This document shows positions 1 through 10,630 of a stretch of DNA of 64,000 nt, piece after piece. Source of the DNA: Octopus vulgaris (lineage: Eukaryota); contig OX597832.1 in NCBI GenBank assembly GCA_951406725.2, forward strand, positions 13,640,001 to 13,704,000, written 5' to 3'. A program made the translations under genes and the position numbers. Numbering within the stretch: position 1 is the stretch's first letter; every line of letters starts with the position of its first letter. Below the pieces are notes generated by a model. The model did no database searches. It saw only the letters and a list, made by a program, of their open reading frames with translations, and was not told the origin of the DNA.

Positions 1-529
1 TTATTTCAATGAAAAAGATCAAACTCTAAGACTCCATTTCGTAAGTTTGCTATATATGACATTATTGCATCAGAGGTTACCGAACTTCAGTCTTCAGGAA
101 TATCAAACAACTTTGATTAACATAACTTCTTATAAAAATGTTAGCGATGTTCCATGTGTCCAATTAAAAATTTCCCGTTCCACAGATCATTGCTATCGTT
201 ACTCTGTTTACAAATATTTACTTGTCAAAATATATTTCATATAAGTGTAAGGTTTCCGCTATTGTTACATATCATAGCTCATTATATAAATAAAACTGTG
301 AAATAACACACACAACTGTCACTTGTTATTTGGTGTAAATAGAAATATATAAATGTAGAAACGAATATGCTTAATCTGCAGAAGAAATTGAAGTAATCTC
401 ACGTTGCAAACATGTGAAAATCTCCAAGATTAATATTTGAACGGTTTGCAAATATTTAACATGCGGAGATACAAGAGTCACTGAGGACGCTTTAGTTTTT
501 CTTCAGTAGTCACGTTGAAGACAAAAGGA

Positions 530-1040
530 AGATGAACACTCGAAGAGAAGAGACGGATTAGATGTACGCGTTATCAATATTAAAAGCCATGTACAGACTA
601 ATTCAAAAATAGTTTAATAATTACGGAATGAAATACAGTTTTGGAGAAGAAATAAAAGCTGTCCAGTAAGATGTAAATATAGTAATCAAGTATTAACAGG
701 AAACTACAAGATGACAATTACAGAAGTGATGAACGAATAAATAGTTGTACTAACTAAACAAATACGCCAAACTTCAATAAAGCGGAATGCAGCAAAGAAG
801 TGGAAAGACAGTTTAAGTAGTTATATAGAACCGTGCACTGAAAATGATTTTCAGATAGAGAAATTCAAGGCAATGTGTTAAAAAAATATAACGGAAAATC
901 AGATAAAAAATATTAGGTGGCAATGAAGAAAAAATTATGCAAATAAGCAATGAATGAATTAACAAACATATTTTTGTGTCTTCAGAAAGAGAATAGTACT
1001 TGATTCAAGATTCCAATGACCTGAGTTGAGAGTAGAAATT
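530..1040 (+). mobile_element. Highly decayed LINE (CR1/L2-like) 3' ORF2 relic
   Basis: Purine-rich stretch with fragments resembling CR1-type C-terminal motifs (TLEEKR at ~538, EKFKAM at ~858, FRKRIV at ~981); many stops and frameshifts. Confidence 0.25.
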
Positions 1041-1070
1041 CTGTGTAAATAAAAACTATGGTGCACTCTA

Positions 1071-1177
1071 TATATGTATATATATAGATATATATCAGTA
1101 TATATATAGGCATATATATATATATATATATATATATAGGCATATATATATAGATATATAGAGAGATATATATATAA

Positions 1178-1225
<48 letters not shown>

Positions 1226-1228
1226 ATG

Positions 1229-1261
<33 letters not shown>

Positions 1262-1266
1262 ATATA
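1071..1266. repeat. Compound (TA)n/(TG)n/(TATG)n microsatellite
   Basis: Directly visible. Confidence 0.95.
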
Positions 1267-1354
1267 CTGAAAATTAATGATGAAATAGATATCAGATCTT
1301 ATCAGGTAGTTTTTTCCGGTTACGGTAAAAATTAATCAATTTATAAATTGTCAT

Positions 1355-1656
1355 ATAAATATATAGTAAGGGCAAACAAGTACGTATACAAGTGCCTTAC
1401 ATGCTAGAAGAAGATGCCAAAGTAAAAAAGCTACCTAAATTATCAACATGAAATAACACGCGCTGTACTCGTGCAAATAAACGAAACAGAATCATAAAAC
1501 GAACCATTTCATGAATCTGATTCGTTTACTTGCACGAGTACGGCGCGTGTTATTTTATAATGATATGTTAGGTACGTAGTCTTTTGATATTGGCGTCTTC
1601 TTATAGCATGTAGGCGACTTGTATACGTACTCGCTTACCCTTGATATATATTTATA
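1355..1656. mobile_element. ~300 bp foldback (inverted-repeat) element
   Basis: Left arm (taagggcaaacaagtacgtatacaagtgccttacatgctagaagaagatgccaa...aataacacgcgctgtactcgtgcaaataaacgaaacaga) is the imperfect reverse complement of the right arm (tctgattcgtttacttgcacgagtacggcgcgtgttatt...ttggcgtcttcttatagcatgtaggcgacttgtatacgtactcgcttaccctt); TA-rich ends. Confidence 0.8.
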
Positions 1657-1667
1657 TATATATATAT

Positions 1668-1966
1668 GGACGTGCAATGGTTAGGGCAGTGGTCTGGCGG
1701 TCGTAAGATCGCAGTTTCAATTCCCAGAGAGAGCGTTTTGATTGTTTATTGAGCGAAAACATCTAAAGCTCCACATACCTCTGTCAGGGGTGGTTGCGAT
1801 CCCTGCTGTACTCTTTTACCATAACTTTCTCTCACTCTTGACTCTTTCTTCTGTAGACCTGCTCGCTTAGCCAGCTGAGTGGCGTTATTGGAAGGCTAAA
1901 ACAATGCGAAGCGCATTGTGACCAGCGATGTGTAGCAACATCTTACGGCCTAGTCGGTCAAGTAAT

Positions 1967-1973
<7 letters not shown>
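1668..1973 (+). mobile_element. tRNA-derived SINE, family A (OR-like), tail type B
   Basis: Degraded tRNA-like head (tggttagggcag...gtttcaattccc); core gtttattgagcgaaaacatctaaagctccac shared with copies at 6201, 9857, 22136, 44990; tail ends atcacgtga next to (TA)n. Confidence 0.85.
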
Positions 1974-2016
<43 letters not shown>

Positions 2017-2280
2017 GCATGTGTGTGAATGGGTACGTGAATTGCGCGCGCGTGTGTGGAAGTATATATACGAACTTTGTAGCAGAGGTAGTAGTTACGG
2101 TTCTATGACGCTGCACGTCTGTTGTAGTCTTCATTGATTCCTAATGGCAGAAACTTTTCGGCTTCATACTTGAACCTTTTTATTGTAGCAGTCGGAGTAT
2201 CATGCGTTTGCGAGTGAAATACCACAACTTCTGTCGTTTTCACGCGGGCTAATGCTGCGTTGTAACATTGAGCATATATT

Positions 2281-2493
2281 TGTTTTTGCTCTCAGAGGGC
2301 TAAACATAGAGGAGACAAACAAGAACAGACAAAGGGATGAAATCGATTACATCGTCCCCTGTGCGTAACTGGTACTTATTTAATCGACACCGAAAGGATG
2401 AAAGGCAAAGTCAACCTCGACGGAATTTGAACTCAGAACGTAACGGCCGACGAAATACCGCTAAATATTTCGCCCGGCGTGCTAACGTTTCTG
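2281..2493 (-). mobile_element. tRNA-derived SINE, family B (Nin/Deu-domain-like)
   Basis: Minus strand carries gagttcaaattcc B-box-like motif and the gactttgcctttcatcctttcgg...aagtaccag central domain; similar to copies at 29322, 31123, 34561, 44493. Confidence 0.85.
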
Positions 2494-3290
2494 TAGCAAT
2501 GAGTATATGTGACTGTCTGTTTCTTGAATGAATGAACCTCTCTCAATTGAAATGTCGTGTAGTGGAAATATTTGTCTTCTTGCTTTAAGTCACATTATTA
2601 ATTAATTATTTGTTTTACATTCAGTATTTTCTATCTGAACGTGAAACTTAACGGCTTAACTATTGCCGCACACTCGCACATACATATGAATACAAATATA
2701 CAAGTAAATGAATTCTTAAGAATATCTGAATAGATGGGCTCATGCTTATTTGCGTCTTAGGGTTGGTGTCGGCTACCTAATATCTAGAGGTGGTAGATTC
2801 CTGGAATAGTAATGGTATGCAATATCTGCTCCACATCAGTCATTTCTGATTTATGATTACAAATCCTGCAACCAGAAAATCACGTCTGGAAGATCGCAGG
2901 AATATGTGGATAACATATGGAATCCCTTAATCATGTGCTGAAACTATTTTCAGCTTATCAGTATCATCACTTCACGACAGCTGTAAGAATATAACTAAAG
3001 TGAAATTACAAAGGGTATTGCAGTGGCTAAAACTTTTACTACATATCAGCATTTTTCATTGGTTCTGACACTTGACTGAGATTCGTGTGTGATACTAACA
3101 TGCTGCGTACTAACATAATACATACTAATACAAATTATCTTATTATTGATTATCATTTTTATTATTGGACTAGCTGGATACAAGTATAATAGTTTTATGT
3201 ATACATAAACACACACGCACACACACATATATATATATATATATACAACAATTCCTGTATATACTCACACACGCACACACAAACATGCAT

Positions 3291-3325
<35 letters not shown>

Positions 3326-3908
3326 CCTGTGTGTTTGTTCGCAACAAAATGGCTTACAGAAATATAATCGTAAAAGAATAACACAATAAATCAATGTAGC
3401 ATGCCTTTAATTCGGTGAAGAGCTTGCATAGTGAATTTTGTATAGCCCTGCATTAAAACATACGTCCTCGCTCTAAATAGTGTAAAGACGCATGCAATGG
3501 AATATGCATGATTTTGAAGAAAATAAACTCAAGTCATGTATTTGCGAATAGGTATCCCTGGGTAATGTTGCGCAAAACAGAATTCACATGAAATATTTAG
3601 TGCGTGAAACTTCAATAAAGTCCGTGCAATATATTAGACGGGAAAACGGATGTTCATAGCTTACCTTCGGTCATTTGGTACAGAAATGTCGTCACAATTT
3701 GGAGTGTAATCGGTAACTAAATATTTTCATTGTCAATTGAAATTTTGAAAGAAGTAACGATCACATAACTTAGTATTTTCTATAATGAAAACTTATATTA
3801 AACAAATGTTTTAAAGCAGAGCTTTGATCGACAAAATGCCGAAACCAACACACACACACACACAGATTCAGACAGACTGAAATACAGACATACAAACACA
3901 CACATACA

Positions 3909-4009
<101 letters not shown>

Positions 4010-4409
4010 GGGAATAATGAAATTACCAATTCCCAAAACTGCAGATCCGGACTGCATAAACAGTAGTAATTTCTCAGTGAGATATATTAAGCAGTAAATA
4101 TTTCAATCCTACAAGGAAAATTTCCTTTTAGGCTAATGTGTTTAAGAGATAAAGTCTCTATAATTTCACAATTATGATTAGGGATTAGGGTGAGGTTATA
4201 TGGCTGAATGTAATTGTGTAACTTCGAGTATGCAATTTATAATACATTTATACTTAGATATTTAAAAAAAATATTGTTTCTAACAAAAACGTATATATCC
4301 GAATGTCCTAAATGAATTAAGAAGGTACACAACTATTTCCTGCAAAACTGAAAGACATATTGCTTATATATTATATGTAGATATGTAGTATTTGAAAAAG
4401 AATTGTTCA

Positions 4410-4830
4410 CATACACGCAACCAGACGTCTTGGAAATTGGCCCAGCAGTTGACATCCTGATAGGACACAGTCATCTCTCATGTACAAGCGATGGGAAAAG
4501 TCGAAATGATCTAGCCGTTTACACTGTGTGCTCCTTGAATAGGACAGCGGTCGTTCCCACGTAGCCCTTTGACCAACAGTGTTATTCGAGTACACGTCTG
4601 GGAAGTTTTTTCACACAAACAGTTTTGTCTTGATATAACGCATTAAGGTTATAAATTTTTCGATCACACTCCAGCAGTCGGCAACATGTTTCGTCCGACA
4701 ATTATGTGAAACTGAAGATACGGCTCAATTAATTTTTCGTGTCAAGACTCGGTGATCCCATCGTTAAGGCAACAACAGACTAATGGATCATTGGCAAGTA
4801 GTCGTAAATTTGAATGAATTCAACATCCGG
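4410..4830 (+). mobile_element. Decayed Tc1/mariner transposase relic
   Basis: Fragments read TSWKLAQQL..TVISHVQAMGKV (mariner HTH/linker-like), WEVF (cf. WEVLPHPPYSPDL) and RLMDHWQVVVNLNEFNI (cf. C-terminal L..RW..VV...G.Y); broken by stops and frameshifts. Confidence 0.45.
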
Positions 4831-4935
4831 TATATACATGTGTGTGTGTGTGGGCGTGTGTGTGTGTCTATGTTTGTGTGCGCGTGTGTATGTATGTATG
4901 TGTGTTTGTGTGTGTGTGCACTGTTATATATATAT

Positions 4936-5350
4936 TGTGATGAGAGTTACGACGCCCCCTTACGAGAGATAGGCTGATCCAAGTAAATATAATTAGTAAC
5001 GGTCCGAGCGAGTTCTGAGTTCGGAGGCGCGTGAAGTTCGGGTTAGTTCACTGTGAAATCGGAAGGTATCGGTTGCTTCGTTCATAAGTAATATTGACTG
5101 ATTGTTCGTAAAGAGATTTGTTAGTTCATTATATTGTATTTATTGTTATTGTCTGGTTATCTTATTTATTGTACGCAATAAATGACGTTATAAAACCCGG
5201 CGACGTGTTCTTCGAAGCTCACGCAGGTTATTTAGGAACTTCTTCGTGGAAGACCTATTAGCTACGATAGTACAGTTTCAAGACCAACAAGAAGAGCACC
5301 AACAGGAGTTGCAGAAGCAACTACTACACCTACAACTACAACAACAATAG
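4936..5350 (+). mobile_element. Possible LTR + PBS + gag start of a Gypsy-like element
   Basis: Starts TGT after (TA)n; AATAAA at ~5177; PBS-like ggcgacg at ~5199; then Q-rich coiled-coil-like frame EDLLATIVQFQDQQEEHQQELQKQLLHLQLQQQ. Confidence 0.35.
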
Positions 5351-5454
5351 TTATATAGTTATTGGAGCTATATTCAAACAAGTTTGAGGTAAATTAAAAA
5401 ACACTAAATGAGAATGACTCTCTCTAGACACAGTAAAATATATATACCTACATA

Positions 5455-5561
5455 CACTCACACACACACACACACACACATACATACATACATACATACA
5501 TACATACATACATACAATACATACATACATACATACATACATACATACATACATACATACA

Positions 5562-5592
<31 letters not shown>
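5455..5592. repeat. (CA)n + (ACAT)n microsatellite
   Basis: Directly visible. Confidence 0.95.
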
Positions 5593-6148
5593 GAAAGTTT
5601 ACTACCTATACACGTTGTTATCCGTATGTACCTGTCTGAAGTACATAGCCAGCCATATGAGACAGCCTTTTTTCCCACCGTTCTGAAAGTAGACGGTATG
5701 AGCCGCGGGGATTGAATTTCATTTTTGAAATCGTTTCAAGTGTATTATCTTCTGGAAACTTTTGATGTATGGAATTATTTGTAAATATACGATATTTGCA
5801 TTGCAAGATTTCGATATAGAAAAGCAAACACATATTCTAGTTTATTTTCTTATACAAATAAAAAAAAAATTACATACACTTCAGTTATTATTAGAGTGCA
5901 AATAAATACTTTCATTCACTTTTTTGATATACGAGAAATTAAACAATATATTAATTCCAACACTTTCGATATTGAAACACAAATAAATATTCTTGTTTAT
6001 TTTAGAGTTCAGACAAATGTAAATATAGCAACTTTTATAACTTAAATTTTTTTTTAAATAGAAAAACAATTTCAACATCTCCCGATAACATGTTGGAGTA
6101 GAAAAAAAATTTAAAAACGAAACACACACATACACACACATCTTTAAG

Positions 6149-6200
<52 letters not shown>

Positions 6201-6202
<2 letters not shown>

Positions 6203-6508
6203 TTTATGCGACCTTTTCAAGCTTATCCAGGCTCATGGGCCCGGTTTCCCGGTTTCCGTGACGTATGTGTTCCCCCCAACTGGACGGGATGCCAGTCCAT
6301 CACAGCGTTATTCAAGAAACAGAAAAAGGGAGTGAGAGAAAGTTGGGGCGTAAGAGTACAACAGGTGTCGCCACCATCTTCTGCCGAAGCCTCGTGGAGC
6401 TTTAGGTGTTTTCGCTCAAAAAATATACACAACGCCCGGTCTGGGTATCGGAACCGTGATCCTTCGAACGCGAGTCCGTTGCCCTAACCACTGGGCCATT
6501 GCGCCTCC
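6201..6508 (-). mobile_element. tRNA-derived SINE, family A head/core with tail type C
   Basis: Minus strand begins ggaggcgcaatggcccagtggttagggcaacggactcgc; same core as 9857; tail gatggactggcatcccgtccag...gggcccatgagcctgg is shared with 46480 instead. Confidence 0.85.
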
Positions 6509-6750
6509 ATGTATTTGTATATCCAGAAGGAAATCAATGAATATTGCTATAAAAGCACACCTGTTGAAAACACTGTCAAAAATAAATTTGGGAAAAAAGT
6601 AACATCAATAACTGTTCAATGTATCATTGAGATTTTCCATGTCCAGTGATATGTCGTTATCGCGTTACAGTAAATATGATTCCAAAATAGCGTATCTCTT
6701 CATAATCCTTAATGTTAAAAAGATTCTGCAGGAAATGTTATCAATTATTA

Positions 6751-6880
6751 GATTTATTTACATTATTTACAATTGACGGATATTTGTTCTCATCTTGTTT
6801 GTTGTTAATAGAACGCTTCGGTTGATATACCGCCAACCTTCATCCGTTGTTTGGGGGAAATTTCGAACCAGATCTCCTTA
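6751..6880 (-). mobile_element. Decayed second copy of the hammerhead-containing module seen at 18030-18203
   Basis: Reverse complement aligns with 18050-18170 (ggttcgaaatttcccc...gatgaaggttggcggtatatcaaccgaagcgtt...aacaacaaacaagatgagaacaaatatccgtcaattgtaaataatgtaaat). Confidence 0.75.
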
Positions 6881-7904
6881 CACTAAAAATAAATATTTTA
6901 AAATCTGCAGCATATCAGAGGTCAATTTCAATACAGAGTATTGGAATTAAAAGTTTTGATTATTGGCATAATTTCTGAAGCCCAGACTATGTTGGTTTGT
7001 ATTTGTGTAAAACTGGACAATTTTACAATGTTAAATATGTGTGTGTTAAAGCTGAATCTGAGAGCATTTCTCGCGGCTTGAGTTTCACACATCTGCGATT
7101 TTCAGATAGACATTTAGTTAGATCGATAGATATAAATGCACATGTAACATATAAAATTATTTCTTTGCAGACGGTACTATACTTCAAAATCCTAAACCCT
7201 TAACCTTTAGCATTAAAGTTTAAATATAATGTGAACTTTTATAGTTATCTTCCAGAAAACTCTAGTAAATTCTACCATTCTTCGTATATATTCTTTTATG
7301 GGAATTTAGTCTGGAATTGGTGTCTGCCATTTCTTTCTTATCGGATTTTACTTGTACTACAAGTAAGATTTATATTTTTGAATTTCAGACTTAGTTTATC
7401 GTTATTGGTGTTTGTATATTTCAGGCAAGTTATTAGATCTCAGACCGTGTGTTGAAACTAAAATGATTGCAGCGTGAAAGACACATCGTAGCTTTTCACA
7501 AACATAGAAAGTCATGATTTCATTGCAGTGAGCTCATTCATGTCAGTGACGTAGCTGCAAATCGTGCGATAAAACTTTTAGAATCAAATAAAAAAAATTT
7601 GAAGGAAATTAACTGAATTTGTGTGATTTCGCATGCCTACAATGTGTTTTCCATTTGCAATGGTTTATTGTTTTCGTATTTAGTTTTTGTCCCTCGTTTA
7701 CTTAAGTTTATTGAAATTTCAGATTTCGTTTCATACCGTTTCGACGAGAATAATATTTCGGTAAAAGATTATTGTTCGTTCCTCACGCTAAATTCTTTTC
7801 TGTTACCCAGCAACTGATCTGATAGCATCATATGAAATTCTATGAGGCATCTCAGTTTATAGATATAATATGTGTGTGTGTATGTATGTGTGAGTTCATA
7901 ATCA

Positions 7905-8845
7905 TAGGTAATTACACACTAAGAGGAAAACCACTACGTGACTTCGTTGCACCGCGGAAAAGAAGATGTCAAATCTTAAAACCACGAAAAATTCGTTCTC
8001 ACGTTAGATGTAAAGCGGGGAAGACAATATGAAAAAAATACCTAAACACCAGTTATTTCAAAAGCTCAACAATTCACTATTACGAAACTCAAATTCCTAC
8101 CATATTACCAAAGGACACACGTGCATAAAGAGTTCTATCATACACCATGAATTCAATTGAAACATCTTCAAACAATGCGACAGTCCTAAATAAATCAGCA
8201 GTGAATTATAGTTCAGAAGTGAATTACTTGACTCAGGAACAAAAATATTTAAATATATTCATATTAAGGATAAATTCATTAAAAATACTAATTTATACCA
8301 GTGGCCAGCATGCATAAAAAATGATGGTTCTCCACTTAGTGTATAATTACCTATGGTTATACACGCATATGTAAAACGATTTAAAGTCTATGGGCAATTT
8401 TTATGCTTGCTGGCTTCCGGTATAACTTTTACCCTTAATATGAATATATTCAAATATTTTAGTCCTTCGGTCAAAAATTAACAGCTGATTTATTCTGGAC
8501 TGGCGCGTTGTTCGAAGACATTTCAATTGAATTCATGTGTATAACGATAGAACTCTATATGCAAGTGCATCCTTTTGGAACATGGTATGTATTTGAAATT
8601 TGTAATTATACGTCTCCGGCAGGTTCTACTGAAGATCCAACATTGTTTAACTATTAATGGTTAAACCTCGAGGTATAGAAATAACTGGTTCTTCAAGGTT
8701 TTTTTTTTTTCATATTGCCTGGCCTGTTTACACCCAGCATACTATGTATGAGAGCATATTTTTCGTGGTTTGAAAATCTGACATCTTCTTTCAGCAGTGC
8801 ATGGCAGCAGCGTAGTGCTTTTACCTCCTAACGTATGATTACATT
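7905..8845. mobile_element. ~940 bp foldback element (arms ~7905-8270 and ~8432-8845)
   Basis: Arms are imperfect reverse complements over >350 bp, e.g. aaagaagatgtcaaatcttaaaaccacgaaaaat / atttttcgtggtttgaaaatctgacatcttcttt and aaaaatatttaaatatattcatattaagg / ccttaatatgaatatattcaaatattttag. Confidence 0.8.
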
Positions 8846-8994
8846 TTGTTAAACCCATATATAAAAATAGTTTACAGTCAACGGACAATTATTTTTTTGT
8901 GCATGGGGGACAGCGGTGTAAGTTACTGTTCTTAATAACTTTTGCCCTTAATATATATATGAGACCAAATTGTACGTACGCTACTATATTCGTT

Positions 8995-9282
8995 ATATAT
9001 AAAAATACAAACATGGGACAAGAACGCAAAACATCCAGACAGACACACGATACGAGCTTTCGTTCCTCAGTCGAGTTCCAGATTGGAGTAATGTTGAGTA
9101 TAACCAGCCGAAATCGCAAAGATAATCTAGAACTGGACTGAGGAAAGAAAACTCCGAATGGCCCGTCATCGTTTTCTTTGTATCGTCTATCTGTTTTTTT
9201 TTTGCTTTCCCCTTTTTCATGTTTCACTTAAGTGTTTGGATGTTTTGCATTCTTGTCCTATTTTTGTATATATATATATATA
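8995..9282. mobile_element. ~290 bp palindromic MITE-like element in TA context
   Basis: Outer arms ggacaagaacgcaaaacatccagaca / tgtttggatgttttgcattcttgtcc; inner arms ttcctcagtcgagttccagatt / aatctagaactggactgaggaa. Confidence 0.75.
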
Positions 9283-9502
9283 TAAACTTAGATAAACTTA
9301 GATATGCTTCGATAAAAGATTGGTCCAGGCCAAGTCTAACTTAATAACACCACCTGATAGGATTATTCGAATCCTGTTTAAGTCAAGGTTTGTTTAAGTC
9401 AAGTTTTTAACAAGTTTTGTTCAAGTAGTGAGTTCTTGTTGGGTGAGTTGTATCCAATTATGGGTAGCTTATCTGGTATTCATTGAAGGAATATATCCAT
9501 AT

Positions 9503-9760
9503 ATATAAGAGGAAAGACGTATAAATGGATCACTTGTATGCTAAAAATAGACGTTAAACTGTTCTACCACGAAATATGTGAACTTAGTTTTTAGGAAGAT
9601 GCCAGATGTTTACGAACTAGACAAATAAAAAGAAACAAACAGCACTTAATTCTATAATTTAAGGTTTCGCCATAAGGACTTTAATGATTGTCTGCTGCTC
9701 CTCAGTGAAATCGTTGCTAATATATAACAATGGAACTGGACACCATCAGTCTCTAATGAG
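9503..9760. repeat. Dispersed repeat, direct copy of ~10398-10630
   Basis: taagaggaaagac...cttgtatgctaaaaatagacgttaaactgttctaccac aligns with taagaggagagac...cttgtatgctaaacatagacgtcaaacccttctaccac. Confidence 0.7.
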
Positions 9761-9856
9761 AAGAAACACGTCTATAGTATTCCCCTGTCATGTATCGTAC
9801 CTTCGACTCAACTGCTATCGTACTAGCACGCTAATCCAGAAAATAACTGCAATGAA

Positions 9857-10241
9857 GGAAGCACTCCGTCGGTTACGACGATGAGGGTTCCAGTTGATCC
9901 GAATCAACGGAACAGCCTGCTCGTGAAATTAACGTGTAAGTGGCTGAGCACTCCACAGACACGTGTACTCTTTACGTAGTTCTCGGGGATATTCAGCGTA
10001 ACACAGAGAGTGACAAGGCCGGCCCTTTGAAATACAGGTACAACAGAAACAGGAAGTAAGAGTGAGAGAAAGTTGTGGTGAAAGAATACAGCATGGATCA
10101 CCACCATCCCCTGCCGGAGCCTCGTGGAGCTTTAGGTGTTTTCGCTCAATAAACACTCACAACGCCCGGTCTGGGAATCGAAACCGCGATCCAATGACCG
10201 CGAGTCCGCTGCCCTAACCACTGGGCCATTGCGCCTCCACT
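9857..10241 (-). mobile_element. Full-length tRNA-derived SINE, family A (OR-like), tail type A, with 11-bp TSD
   Basis: A box tggcccagtgg and B box ggtttcgattccc on the minus strand; TSD actgcaatgaa at 9846-9856 and 10242-10252; near-identical to 44990-45373. Confidence 0.93.
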
Positions 10242-10397
10242 ACTGCAATGAAAATTCAGCGATGAATGAACTGGCTAGAGAACATATATATTAAAAATTA
10301 TGTAATAAGGGGAGAAATTAATATCATTAAATAATATTAATTTCAACCAGTGGTCAGCATACGTGATAAACGTCCAAGGACTATGAATTATATTAAA

Positions 10398-10630
10398 ATA
10401 TAAGTAAGAGGAGAGACCACTAAGTGTATCCCTTGTATGCTAAACATAGACGTCAAACCCTTCTACCACAAAATTATGTGTTCTCAAATTAGCAAGACGA
10501 TCGATGATTACGAGCTTGACAAATGAAAAGAAATAAACATTGTACTTAATTCCGTAACATGAGGCTTCGCCATGAACAATTTAATCATTTTCTGTGTTTC
10601 CTAAATGGTTTTCGTGATGACACATAATGA
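10398..10630. repeat. Dispersed repeat, direct copy of 9503-9760
   Basis: Visible alignment with 9503-9760. Confidence 0.7.

Noticed and set aside
9135-9170. CUGAGGA...GAAU hammerhead-like motif
   Set aside because: No GAAA box and no convincing stems I or II.
9655-9712. Minus-strand CUGAGGA-GC...GC-GAAA motif in the 9503 repeat
   Set aside because: Stems I and III do not pair and the sister copy at ~10560 lacks the core; may be a relic but cannot be supported here.
10165-10240. tRNA-like sequences (also at 6440-6508, 17860-17935, 45300-45373, 60781-60850)
   Set aside because: No complete cloverleaf or acceptor stem; they are heads of multi-copy SINEs, not tRNA genes.
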